Part shown: piece by piece, positions 38,850-50,385 of the stretch
Layout: the number at the start of each line of letters is the position of its first letter
Numbering within the stretch: position 1 is the stretch's first letter
Assembly: GCF_001447785.1 (NCBI RefSeq)
Contig: NW_015170887.1
Location: 672,733 to 736,732 of the forward strand
DNA: 64,000 nt
Direction of reading: 5' to 3'
From: Gekko japonicus
Taxonomy: Eukaryota
The notes under the pieces: generated by a model
Told to the model about the DNA's origin: nothing
Seen by the model: the letters and a program-made list of their open reading frames with translations, nothing else
Databases searched by the model: none
Position numbers and translations under genes: made by a program

Positions 38850-39110
38850 AAACTGTCTTGTACTGAATTGGACTATTGGTTCATCTGATTTACTGTTGTC
38901 TAGTCAGACTGGTTGTGGCTCTCCAGGGTGTTACACAGAGAAAAGTCTTTCACAATATTACTGCATTGAGTCCAAGGAGATAAGGTGGGATAGAAATATT
39001 TTAAATAAAGAAATATGTGCTACAAGAGATCCCTTAACTGAAGCAGAAATTGAACCAGGGACCTTCTGCATACAAAACAATTGCTCTACCACTAAACCAT
39101 GACTCCTCCC
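38850..39110 (-). mobile_element. tRNA-derived SINE with CR1-like tail (Squam2-like)
   Basis: ATTGAACCAGGGACCTTCTGCATACAAAAC...CTCTACCACT reverse tRNA head; same family as 56352-56570. Confidence 0.65.
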
Positions 39111-40273
39111 CTGGTGGTGGCAGTTGAAGTATGTTTTACATCTGTGCCTTCTCTCCTTTGTGAGGTCTGATGCTGAGCTCAGATGCTTGGGCCAATTCAA
39201 TTGGGAGACCTCTGTATTCTTGCCTTGTTGTTAAGGCTGCCATCATGTAGGACCACTGAATTTCCACCACCGCTTGATATCCAGCTTTTACTACATGGGA
39301 CATTTCTCAGGTTGAGGGAAATGGTGCCCCTTTTTGTGTGAACCACTGAAGGTGGACAGAGTTAGTATCTCTCCACTTCTATTTAAATACTAGGATGAAG
39401 CAGGCAAAATTGTTGAAGTTCATCAGATGTTGAGTGGAAATCCACTACTGATTAGTGAGCTAAATCCTGCTCTTGGGATAAACACCCTGTTCTATTCTGA
39501 TTCCTCTATCTTGGGAAAGAAATTAGGGGGTTGGCTTTTGCAGGTCCTGCTTTTCTTTTTCTCATCCTTCCAGCCCCTTCCATAATCGCTCTTCTTCCTA
39601 CCAGTCTGGTCTGGCTGTTTAAAAGGCAATCATTGTCAGCATTTGTCATTAAGCTTTTTTTCATTTTTATTTATATAAAAAAGGAGAGAATGGCAGAGAA
39701 AGCAGAAAGCAATGGTAACAGCGGGACAATTGCAGATGAATAATGAAAGGATTCATCACAGCTATACCAGGATATATATATTTTTTGCAGCCAAGCGAGA
39801 CGGATTCCCATCACAGCTCGGGAACTCGTTCCATGCAGCCACTCATCTTTCATGCTGAAGGGGAAGGGAAAGGTGGAGACAGTATCATTATGGATATAAC
39901 TGGGCTCCGAAGTGACTGGTCAAGGTTGCTGCCTCACTCACGACAAAGGTGCTTATGGGAATGGAATTCTGTATGCACGCCACGGTGTTGTTTGGCGGCT
40001 GTCCTTTTCTCCATGAAAATGTTCTGGTTTATTTGTGGAGAGCATTTATTGCCAGCATAAACCCCTTCTTGGAAATTTGGTAGAGAAGTAAGATTGTATA
40101 GGACAAGGAGAAGAACAAAAATAAAATGCCATAGTATTTTATTTATTTACAAAATTTATACCCTGCCTTTCTGCCTTCATCATGGCCACCAAGGAAATGA
40201 GCCACAGTATCCTACCAAAATGGGTTTTGCTTATGAACTATCATGTCTCAAACCCCATAATTTCAATTTTCCA

Positions 40274-40274
<1 letters not shown>

Positions 40275-40304
<30 letters not shown>
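40275..40304. repeat. (TAA)n microsatellite
   Basis: About 10 units. Confidence 0.95.
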
Positions 40305-40306
<2 letters not shown>

Positions 40307-42057
40307 GGGGGAAATCAAGCAAGACAAATCTCAGTTTTTCTCCAGGCAGGGAAGTTCTTACATAAGAATGAAGTGGGGTGGAGCTGAGCAGATGGTCTTC
40401 CTCAGCCCCAATGGCTAGAATACTCTTGAATTTGAATGCATATATATGCTGGGATTAGAAACTCTCTTGCATGAGCCAGGGACACTGGAGTTCACACAAG
40501 GATGTGTGCATGTGTGTTTCCGTCCTCTCCCCAGCTGCCATCCCAGAAGGTTCCCCAGTTCTCAACAGTGCCTTTCAAGGGGAGTGTAGGGGCTGCGGGG
40601 GCTGCGGGGCTGGGGCTGGGGAGCAGGAACTCTGCTTGCAGTTGCTTTAATGTAAGTGGCAGCCCCATATCCAAAAAATGTTTGTTAGGGGGGCACCAAC
40701 TGGGGAGGGTGGAGTTGGGGGAAGGGAGGGGAAGGGCCGACCAGAACCTCTCCTCATCTGGAATCGGCTGGTGGCATCTCTAGCCTTTTTTTTTTTAAGC
40801 CTCTTTTCACTTCCTGACTCCAGGGTGCTGTGGAGGTCAACGAGTCAGTCAGTCTCTCTCTCTTGGGCTGCTCTTCCCCCTCCTCTGCTCCAGTTAAAGT
40901 TGCTGTCCTGGTGGGAGGAGGACAAAGCAAAAGAAGAAAAGCCCATGCTGAAGAATCCTCCAACTACATGTGGGAGACTGGCAGGCCCATTGGCTGCCCT
41001 TTCTCAGGGGCTGCCTGCTGCTGCCTTTCTTAAGCAGAAAATGCACCACCTGTCAGCCTCGCCAATGGCAGGAGTCCATGGCTAATCAGTGTGGGCTCCC
41101 TTCAGACCCACTGCTGCTGGCCTTCCCCGGCTCCTGAGAGAAAGCAAGAGGCATAGGAGGAAGACTAACAGGAGTGAAGGGTTTGGCTTGGTGGAGAGTT
41201 GTGCCTTCCAAGCTCTCCCTGGCTTCTTGTGATCAAATGGCAGGTTGCTCAAGACAAAAGACTTGGTCAACAGGTGCTTCAGAGGGGGGAGGGGGAGGCA
41301 TGGCTGTTTGGGTGTGTGTGCCGGGCACTTGAGGCCACTCCCGTTGGTACGGGTCTGGCTAAGCAGTCTATTTGTGGTTAGATGGGGAAGGGGATAGCAT
41401 TTCCAGTAGCTAAGAAGTACTCTCATTCCAGTTGTTGGGGCAACAGGTATGACATGCCATTTGGTAGGTCAGAATGTTGAATTTCCCCCAACCCCTCCTT
41501 AAAAACCTTTTGGTTTCTTCAGTTTGATGATGATGTGTTCACAGATAACTTGATGCTGGAAATTATTGTTTGGACATACAATTCAGTTCTGTTTTATGGA
41601 ATGTATGAACATTCTTGGCCATCATCACTTTTCAGGAACTTCTCTCTCGGGTTACTGCTGAGATGCTGGATTTTGCACATAACCAGTTTCAAAGGCATCT
41701 TATTGGAATTATACATTTGTTTGAGATTATTTATCTAATGCATATTCCAGTTTTAATTACTATTGTAAATATTATCTCAATGGGTAAATGGCAGATCAAT
41801 ATACAAACATGAAGGGATGTGGTAACCAAGTAGTTTGAGCTTAACTACTAGTATTTATTGAAGTAATTTCTATGCCACCCCTCCAGAGAATTTGCTTGAG
41901 GCATTTTACAAAATCAAACATAATCACTGCATAAAGCCATAAAAATGATTAGCAATTAAAAAACCACCCAGAAAAACAGCACAAAACACTGGATAGTTTT
42001 AAAAGAATCTTATAAAACAGCACAGGCTAGAAGCAGTCCATAAAAATGATGTTGAAA

Positions 42058-43082
42058 GTTTTGTTGTTCAGTCGCACAGTCGAGTCCAACTTTTCATGAC
42101 ACCATGCCAGGCCCTCCTGTCCTTCATCATCCTCCGGAGTTTGCTCAACTTCATGTTCATTGCATCGATAACACTGTCTAACCATCTCATCCTTTGCCGT
42201 CCCATTCTTCATTTACCTTCAATCTTTCCAGCATCAGGGTCTTCTCCAGTGAGTGCTCCCTTCTTGTTTGGTGGCCAAAGTATTTGAGTTTCAGCTTCAG
42301 TATCTTGCCTTCCAGGGAACAGTCAGGGTTGATTTCTTTTAGGATTGACTGATTTGATCTCCTTGCCATCCAAGGGACTCTCAAGAGTCTTCTCCAGCAC
42401 CATAATTTGAAAGCATCTATTCTTCGGTGCTTGGCCTTCCTTATAGTCCAACTCTCACAGCCATAGATTCCTACTGGAAATACCATTGCTTTGACCATAC
42501 GGACTTTTGTTGGCAGGGTGATGTCTCTACTTTTTATTATGCTGTTTAGGTTCGCCATCGCTTTCCTCCCAAGGAGCAGGCGTCTTTTAATTTCATGGCT
42601 GCTCTCACAGTCTGGGATCCCAGGAACATGAATTCTGCCACTGCTTCCATGACTTCCCCTTCTATTTGCCAAGGAGTGATGGGGCCAGATGCCATGATCT
42701 TAGTTTTTTTGATGTTGAGTTTCAATCCAACTTTTGTGCTCTCCTTTTCCACTTTCAGCAAGAGGCTCTTTAGGTCCTCTTCACTTTCTGCCATTAGAGT
42801 GGTGTCATCTGCAATATCTGAGGTTGTTAATTCCGGATTGTGATTCATCCAGGCCGGCATTTCGCATGATGTAGTCTGCATATACATTAAATAAGCAGGA
42901 TGACAATATACATCCTTGTCGTACTCCTTTTCCTATGATAAACCAATCAGCTGTTCCATATCTGGTTCTAACTGTCACTTCTTGACCCTTATATGGGTTT
43001 CTAAAGAGAGAAGTGAGGTGGTCTGGTACTCCCATGTCTTTAAGGACTTGCCATAGCTTGTTGTGATCCGCACAATCAAAGG
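42058..43082 (-). mobile_element. BovB (RTE) LINE, 5'-truncated and frameshifted
   Basis: GKGVRQGCILSSCLFN, ADDTTLMAESEEDLKSLLLKVEKES, SRDITLPTKVRMVKAMVFPV; (CAA)n-type tail. Confidence 0.95.
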
Positions 43083-43139
43083 TAAATAAATAAATAATAA
43101 ATGCCTACATAAAAACAAACATTTTTGCCTGCTGTCTAA

Positions 43140-43850
43140 AAGAGAGTAGGATAAGTGGCAGGCCTCAAGGAGAAGGGCATTCCTCAGGCAAGCTGGCAGC
43201 CTGCCACTGCTCTTGTTGCCAGCCACCTCACTTCTGAAAGTGGCCCAGTGATAGGAGGGCTTGTGAGAAGGATCTTAGCTGTCAGGCTAGACAGTATGAG
43301 AGAGGGAGGTCTTTCAAATACTTTGGCCCTAAACCGTTTACAGCCATATAATTTAGAACCAGCAATTCAAATTGTGCCCTGAAACAGATAGTTCGCTAGG
43401 GTTGCCAACCTCCAGGTGGGGTCTGAAGATCTGCCGCTGTTACAGCTGTTCTCCCAATCAGCTTCCCTGTAGAAAATGGCTGCTTTGGAGGGTGGACTCT
43501 ATGGCACTATACCCCATTGAAGCCCCTTCCCTCCCAAAACCCTTCCCTCCTCAGGCTCCACCCCCAAAATCTCCAGGTATTTCCCAACCCAGAGCTGGCA
43601 ACCCTAAAAGACAGCCAATATAGATCTTTTAGCATAGGAATGATACAATCTCTGTATCCCACCTCTTGACAATAGGCTGGCTGCTGCATTTTGGACAAGC
43701 TGAAGTTTCCTGACCATTTTCAAAGCCAGCCCCACACAGAGAGCATTATAGTAATCTGTAAGCCGGATATGATCACAACATGGATCACTGTGACCAAATC
43801 ATGCTTTTTGAGGAATGGCTGTTGCTGGAAGATCAGCCAAAGCTAGTGCT
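43140..43850 (-). mobile_element. old L2 LINE fragment interrupted by a hAT MITE
   Basis: Minus-strand QLVQNAAA.L and IIPMLKDLYWL motifs. Confidence 0.7.
43397..43606. mobile_element. hAT (Blackjack-like) MITE
   Basis: TIRs TAGGGTTGCCA / TGGCAACCCTA; body matches 54513-54731 in reverse. Confidence 0.85.
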
Positions 43851-44124
43851 GCCAGGCTTCTTGCCAGTGAGAGGCCTGGGGTTATCAACCCCCCCCCCCC
43901 GGGGGGGGGGGGGCCCCTGCCCCCAGGCCCTGCCCCCCAGATGCTGATCAGCTGGCTGGCAGGGGACTTACCTGGAGAAAGAGAAAGGCCCAGGCCTTGT
44001 CACTGGCTTTGCACAGGAAGTGATGTCCTCACACCAGCAACATCCAGGTGATGCTCTGGTATTTGGGAAAAACTCAGTGGTAGAAGTCAGTTTTACCATA
44101 TAGTTTTTGCCCAAATGCCAGAGC

Positions 44125-46363
44125 GTCTCCTGGACAGGCACAGATCAGGAGTCTCAATGCGTGGATGAGACGATGGTGTAGGGGGGAAGGATTCAAGTTT
44201 GTTAGGCATTGGGATGCTTTTTGGAACAAGAGGGAGCTCCACTTGTACCAAGAAGGAACCAGGCTGCTGGCACTTAAAATCAAAAAGGTGGCAGAGCAGT
44301 TTTTAAACTGAATATTGGGGGGAAAGTCAACAGGAGATGAAAAGTCTGTGGTTTGGGATGGCTCATCTCATAGAGATGAAGAGGTAGCTGTTATTTCTTT
44401 ACAAGGAAAAGGATTAGAATTGTCCTCTGAGACTGTGGCTAATGATATGGACTGCCTGGCAGCAAGAGGAAGGTTGTGGGTTTAACATGCATGGGAAACT
44501 ATAGGTGTTTATACACAAATGCTAGGAGTGTCCGAGGTAAAATCATGGAATTGGAATGCTTGGTGTTGGGGGGCGGGGATAGACATTGTGGGTATTTCAG
44601 AAACTTGGTGGGATGAGGAAAATCAGTGGGATACGGTGATTCCTGGTTATAAATTATATCGGAAGGATAGGGGGGAAGGGTTGGAGGTGGGGTGGCTCTG
44701 TATGTCAGAGAGGGTATACAGTCCAGTAAGATTGAGAGGGTAAGTGAATTGGATTTGCTTCTAGAAATGCTATGGGTTGAAATAGTGAACCCAAAAGAAA
44801 GCTTAACACTGGGAGCTTGTTATCACCGACCAGATCAAAAGATAGAGGAGGATTACAAAATGATGAATGAATTAAAGATAGCGGCTAGATTAAATAACTC
44901 TGCCATAACAGGTGATTTTAACTACCCACACATTGATTGGGTCAATATGTGTACTAATCGGGAAAAAGAGACTGAGTTTCTAGACACTCTCAATGACTGT
45001 GCTATGGAGCAGATGGTCACAGAACCTACCAGGGAAGAGGCGATCCTAGATTCGGTCCTAAGTAACGCCCAAGACCTGGTGAGAGATGTAAAAGTGATTG
45101 CACCGCTTGGGAACAGTGACCATAATGTTATTGAGTTTAACATTTGTATAAATAGGGAGTTGTCCAAAAAGACTCATACCACCACTTTTAACTTTAAAAG
45201 GGGTAACTTCTCTGATATGAGGGGACATGTGAGGAGGAAACTGAAAGGAAAAGTAGAAAGGGTCAAAACCATTGGGGAAGCTTGGAGACTATTTAAAACT
45301 ACAATCCTAGAAGCTCAGAAAAAATATATACTGCGGAAAGGCATAAATAGGTATAGAATAAAAACCTTCATGGTTAACAAAGTAAGTAATGGAAGCTGTA
45401 AAAGGTAAGAAGGATTCCTTTAAGTGGTGGAAAGCTAATCTCAGTGAGGCTGATAAAATGGAACACAGGCTGTGGCAAATAAAATGCAAGTCTGTGATCA
45501 GGCCGGCAAAAAGGGAATATGAGGAGCATATAGCGAAAAACATAAAGACCAACAGTAAAACTTTCTTCAAATACATTAGATGTAGGAAACCAGCCAGGGA
45601 GGCAGTGGGGCCCTTGGATGACCAAGGGGTAAAAGGAGTACTGAAGGATGATAGGCAGGTGCATTTTTTGCTTTTGTCTTCACTGTGGAAGATGAGAAAT
45701 GCTTGCCCACTCCAGAACCGCTGATTTTGGGAGGGGTGTTGAAAGACCTGAGTCAGATTGAGTTGCCCAGAGAAGTGGTCCTACGACTGATAGACAACTT
45801 AAAAACTCATAAATCACCAGGCCCAGATGGCATACATCCTAGAGTTCTGAAAGAACTCAAAGGTGAACTTGTGGATCTCTTGACAAAAATATGTAATCTT
45901 TCCTTAAAATCTGCCTCCATTCCTGAGGACTGGAAGGTAGCTAATGTCACTCCCATCTTTAAAAAGGGTTCCAGAGGAGATCCGGGAAATTAAAGGCCAG
46001 TCAGTCTGACATCAATACCGGGTAAATTGGTGGAAACCATTATTAAGGAAAGAATTAGTAGGCACATTGATGAACAAAAACTATTGAGGCAGACTCAGCA
46101 TGGGTTCTGTAAGGGAAGATCTTGTCTCACTAACCTGTTAATGTTTTTTGAGGGAGTGAACAAACATACAGACAAGGGGAACCCAATAGATGTTGTTTAC
46201 CTTGGCTTCCAGAAAGTTTTTGATAAAGTTCCTTATCAAAGGCTGAGCTGTCAGGTTACAACAGATAAAAGGAAGTACTTCTTCACCCAAAGAGTGATTA
46301 ACACATGGAATTAACTGCCACAGGAGTGGAGCATGGACAGCTTCAAGAGGGAATTCGATAAGC
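44125..46363 (+). mobile_element. CR1 LINE: end of ORF1, ORF2 endonuclease and RT N-terminus; RT core deleted
   Basis: ORF1 end LNAWMRRWCRGEGFKFVRHW; endonuclease CLYTNARS, IVGISETWW, GDFNYPHIDW, SDHNVIEF; KSPGPDGIHPRVLKEL; QHGFCKGRSCLTNL; jumps to the C-terminal KYFFTQRVINTWN near 46245. Confidence 0.95.
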
Positions 46364-46931
46364 TTCTTTTTCTTCAGGTAAATCCCCCCCCATCCTCTGC
46401 TGGTTGCCAGGAGGGACCTGGGAAGCCTAGAGAGGCCTCCTGCCAGAAACCCTAGTTGCCTGCCACTGCTCCGAGTGGCAGCAGGAGAAAAATAAATAAG
46501 GTGTATGAAGTGCTGCTATGAAATTACCTGAAACTCTATGGTTTTACCATAGAGTTTCTGGAAACTCCTAGAGCTACCCTACATTACTTCTGGGGTTTCC
46601 TGGAAGTAACATACCCTATATTACTTCTGGGTTTCCCCTGAAAGTGACATAGTGGAGCAAATGATGTCACAGCTCTCCCATGTGCATGCCCCACACCCTC
46701 CTGCAGGTTGCCAGGTATGGCCTAGCAATCCAAGCTAAAGCTCATAAAAAGACCTATATACCATAGAGGGAACTGGAGCCTCCAGCTATGGGCCAGGATC
46801 CAGAAATCCTGAATGTCTTGGGTTTCATTTGTTTTTTAGTTTCTGTTCAGGTATGAATGACAGCCATACAGTTGTGGCTCTCCTTGTAAATAACTGAGAT
46901 TACATCTCCAGCATTATGAGGTAGTTCTTCT

Positions 46932-47132
46932 CAGGGGCCATTTCGTAGAAAAAGAGCTGCAGGAGCTCATTAGCATACCTAATAAGCTATTAGCATAATA
47001 TCTCATTAGCATATGCCACTCCTCCTGACATCACTGGAAGTGATGTCAGAAGGGGAAGCAAAAAGGGGGGGAGGCATCTTCAAAAGCCTCCCCTTCCCTT
47101 CCCCAGCCAGCCTTCCCTTCCCCAGCCAGCCT
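46932..47132 (+). mobile_element. terminal fragment of a hAT-like element (CAGGGG end)
   Basis: Closely matches 52607-52790; repeated ATTAGCATA; palindrome TGACATCACTGGAAGTGATGTCA. Confidence 0.7.
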
Positions 47133-47134
47133 GC

Positions 47135-48060
47135 CGATTATTGTCACACAGGAGAACAAGATGGATATCACTCTTTCCTGCATTGAATGGTTACTGCAGA
47201 TATTTCCTGGTGTGCAATCTTTTTTTCTGTCTCAATCCAATCCATCATCAGTACTGAAGAAATTATTTGAAAATGCCTTAGCAGAGGCGTATCTGTGGCA
47301 CTTATATTCCTTAATAGCAATATTCCATACAAAAATCCAGGAAATAGAGAAGAAACTCAATTTTGGAGGTTTTTAGTGTACTGCAGTCAGTTTGTCAAAT
47401 GTTGCAACATTTGCAATTGAATTGAAACACTCTTCCATTCATTGAAAACAAACGAGATCCTAAGCAAAGGAATGAAAGATAGATTGGAGAAAGAAGTTGG
47501 CCTGTTTATGGAAGAAGCTTCTTACGTACAAAGTGTATTTGGAATATTTACAGAAATGGACAGTTTCTTTTAATGGGTTTGACTGTTTTAATTGGATGGC
47601 TTTAACTGATATAATACCCTTTCATTTGATTATGGTCATCATACCATAAAATACTTGAGAGATTGAGATATGATAGTAGATGATGTGAAATGTTTTGACC
47701 AGTTCTGTAACCTGAAGATATTTGTTGAAAGTGATCAAAAAAATGAATACTTCAAAGGAACACCAGTTAGTGACAAGTGAGTTAAATACTTCCAAAAGTG
47801 CTGCAATGCAGACTTCCATTCTGAGTTGTTTAAAATAGCACAATTTTTCTTCTGCATTCCAGGACATAATGCAACACCCTGTGGACAGATGAAAGGAACA
47901 GATTTACCACTGAAGTTATAATGGGGTATTCTGTCACTGCAATATACCGGTAACCAATGTGACATGCTTTAGTTCTACAATACCTACTTGAACAACCAAC
48001 TCTACTTGGGGAGATAAAAATTTCCAACAAATATTCAGGTGCCATTTCATCATAGGTGTA
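47135..48060 (+). pseudogene. fossil hAT-family transposase (C-terminal half)
   Basis: Across frameshifts: TRWISLFPA / IEWLLQIFPGVQSFFLSQ...EAYLW...IQEIEK, then ELFKIAQFFFCIPGHNA / WTDERNR, resembling the hAT RW motif and C-terminal dimerisation domain. Confidence 0.7.
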
Positions 48061-48223
48061 CAAATACTGATGTTGTAAGCATAAACATGCTTAGTGATAG
48101 GTAAATTAGTATTGGGGGGGCATTTCTTTTGTTATGTGCTTATGGTCTTATTTCTTTCCTGCTTCAATGAAAACTTGCCATTTCAGTAAAAAGAAGCAGT
48201 TACACATATAAATTTATAATCAA

Positions 48224-48875
48224 CAAGAAAGAAGACCCGTGAAACTCGCGGGGGGGGGAGCTTCAAACTGAGCTGGCGGAGGAGGAACCAGCAGGAGCAG
48301 GTAAGCTCTCCCGCCCCCCATCCTGCCGGTTCCTCCGTGTCCTCCACCACCACCCCGCTCCTTCCCCCCCCCCAAGCGAGGGCCAGCGGCTTGCAGCCAC
48401 CCGGGGCCGCCCGCCCTCGCCCCGGATAGGAACATAAGAACATAAGAGATGCCAATGTTGGATCAGGCCAAAGGCCCATCCAGTCCAACACTCTGTATCC
48501 CACAGTGGCCAGAAATACCAGTGCCATCAGGAGGTCCACCAGTGGGGCCAGGACATTAGAAGCCCTCCCACTGTTGACCCCCCCAAGCACCAAGATGACA
48601 GAGCATCACTTGCCCCAGAGTCCCTATCTATACCTTGTGGCGAGGCGGCGGCGAGGCTGGCGGCAGAGCGTTTCCTGAGCATGCGCAGGAAACGCTCTGT
48701 CAGTTTTGGGAAGATTTAAATATCCCCCCGATATTTTTGGGTTTTTTTTAGATTTTTGTGCACACGTGGGGACTGCCCCACATGTGCACAAACCTCTCCC
48801 TGCCCCCCAAGTGCCCCCGAAGTGCGGATTTAGATATCCGCACAGAGAGGGCCAGTTCACTATTAGATATATAGA
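48224..48875 (-). mobile_element. probable non-autonomous Helitron with embedded CR1 3' end
   Basis: Minus strand starts A|TCTATATATC and ends with hairpin CCCGCGAGTTTCACGGG, 8 nt, CTTG|T; AT target site, no TSD; CpG-rich. Confidence 0.7.
48430..48641 (-). mobile_element. CR1 3' UTR fragment inside the Helitron-like element
   Basis: Near-identical reverse complement of 996-1203. Confidence 0.95.
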
Positions 48876-49504
48876 TAGTTTTCCATATACATGTGTATGT
48901 GTTTCACAATGGCTGGGTGACTTCTGCAGCCCTGTTTCATTTGCCAGCAAGAAATTCTTGTCTGGGCATCCAAGAAAAAAAATTCTTGTTGGTGAACAGT
49001 GTCCTCTTCTTTTACTCCCAAAATGTGGTCACCCTATTCTCAAGAGACACAGACACCATGGCTTTTCCCACAGCTATGAAATTTCCTCTCACTGAATCCT
49101 TATTGTAAATTCATGTGGATTTCATATCTGATGCTCTTGTCTGGGAAGGGGAAAGAAAGCATCAGGTTTTGTTAAACAGAGCAAGGAAGGGAACTAGCTA
49201 GACAATAAATTCCTTTGAACAAGTAAAGGTAGGATTCTCACAATGGTGGGAGAGCACATCAGCTCTTGCAGGGAGAAGATTGATAGACAGGAGTGGACTA
49301 GCCGCTATAGCCACTGGAAAAAGTTCAATTAGTCTGATGGGTAAGGGATAGGGTTTCCAGCTCTGAGTTGGGAAATACCTGGAGATTTTGGGGGTGGAGT
49401 CTGGGAAGGGTGGGTTTTGGGGTTGGGTGGGGAGGGACCTCAGCAGGGTATAATGCCATAGAGAGCTTCTTACAGGCAATCAGAGGCTTCTACACATGTG
49501 ATGC

Positions 49505-50310
49505 TTATTTAGTTAGTTAGTTCAATTTCTATCCTGCCCTTCCCACAAACAGGCTCATGGCCAGTTACTGTAAAACGTAATCCTTAAATGATGGCGATCA
49601 GACTACCTCACAACTATTACTATGATGCCCCAGTGTTAGTCCATTTAAATCAGAGAGGACTAAATCCCAGAAGGGATTCTGGATGGTAGATACCCAACTT
49701 TGGTTAAGCCAGGTGGGCTATCATTCTGAGCCTCAGCAATAGAAGACCATGATCGATGATAACAGCATGGTAGCAGGAGGGGTCAGATGATATTTGATGT
49801 CTGCTGCCGCAACCAAAAAACTGGTGGAAGAGCGCCATCTTACAAGCCCTGAAGAACTGTAAAAGATCCTGCAGGGTCCTGATCTCTAGCGGGAGCTCAT
49901 TCCACCAGGTCAGTCAAGACCAGGCAGATGTCTTTTGGACCAGGGATCACCAGTAAATGCTGGTCTAATGGGCACAGGGCTTGACGGGGCTTGGCGGGAA
50001 CGGCAGGATACAAATAGAATAAATAAATAAATAAATAAATATGGAGAGAGGCAGTTCCATAGGCATGTTGGTCCCTGGCTACTCAAGGTTTTAAAAGTTA
50101 ATACCAGCACCTTGAAACAGACCCAGAATTCTTTCAGCAGCCAGTGCAGTTTGGGGAGCATGGGCCAAATTTGTGCCTGCGAAGACGTCACTGTCAGTGC
50201 ATGCACTGCCACATTCTACACCAGCGGCAGTTTCCGGGTCAGATAGAAGGGTAGGCCTGTGTAGAGCGAGTTACAATAGTCCAATCTAGAAGTGACCATT
50301 GCGTGGTCAC
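49505..50310 (-). mobile_element. L2 LINE 3' region remnants
   Basis: PMLPKLHWL...FKVLVLTFKTL (ORF 49910-50212); L2-type tails with (TAAA)n. Confidence 0.75.
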
Positions 50311-50340
50311 CAAGCAGTTCTTCTAGAGGGCCAACTACAG

Positions 50341-50385
50341 GGGGGAGGAGGAGGAGGAGGAGGAGGAGAAGAGGAGGAGGAGGAG
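50341..50385. repeat. (GGA)n microsatellite
   Basis: Direct observation. Confidence 0.92.

Noticed and set aside
44125-46363. Active full-length CR1
   Set aside because: Frameshifts, stops, deleted RT core and no 3' UTR
48236-48720. CpG-island promoter of a host gene
   Set aside because: CpG richness is confined within the Helitron-like termini, so it is better explained as a young TE
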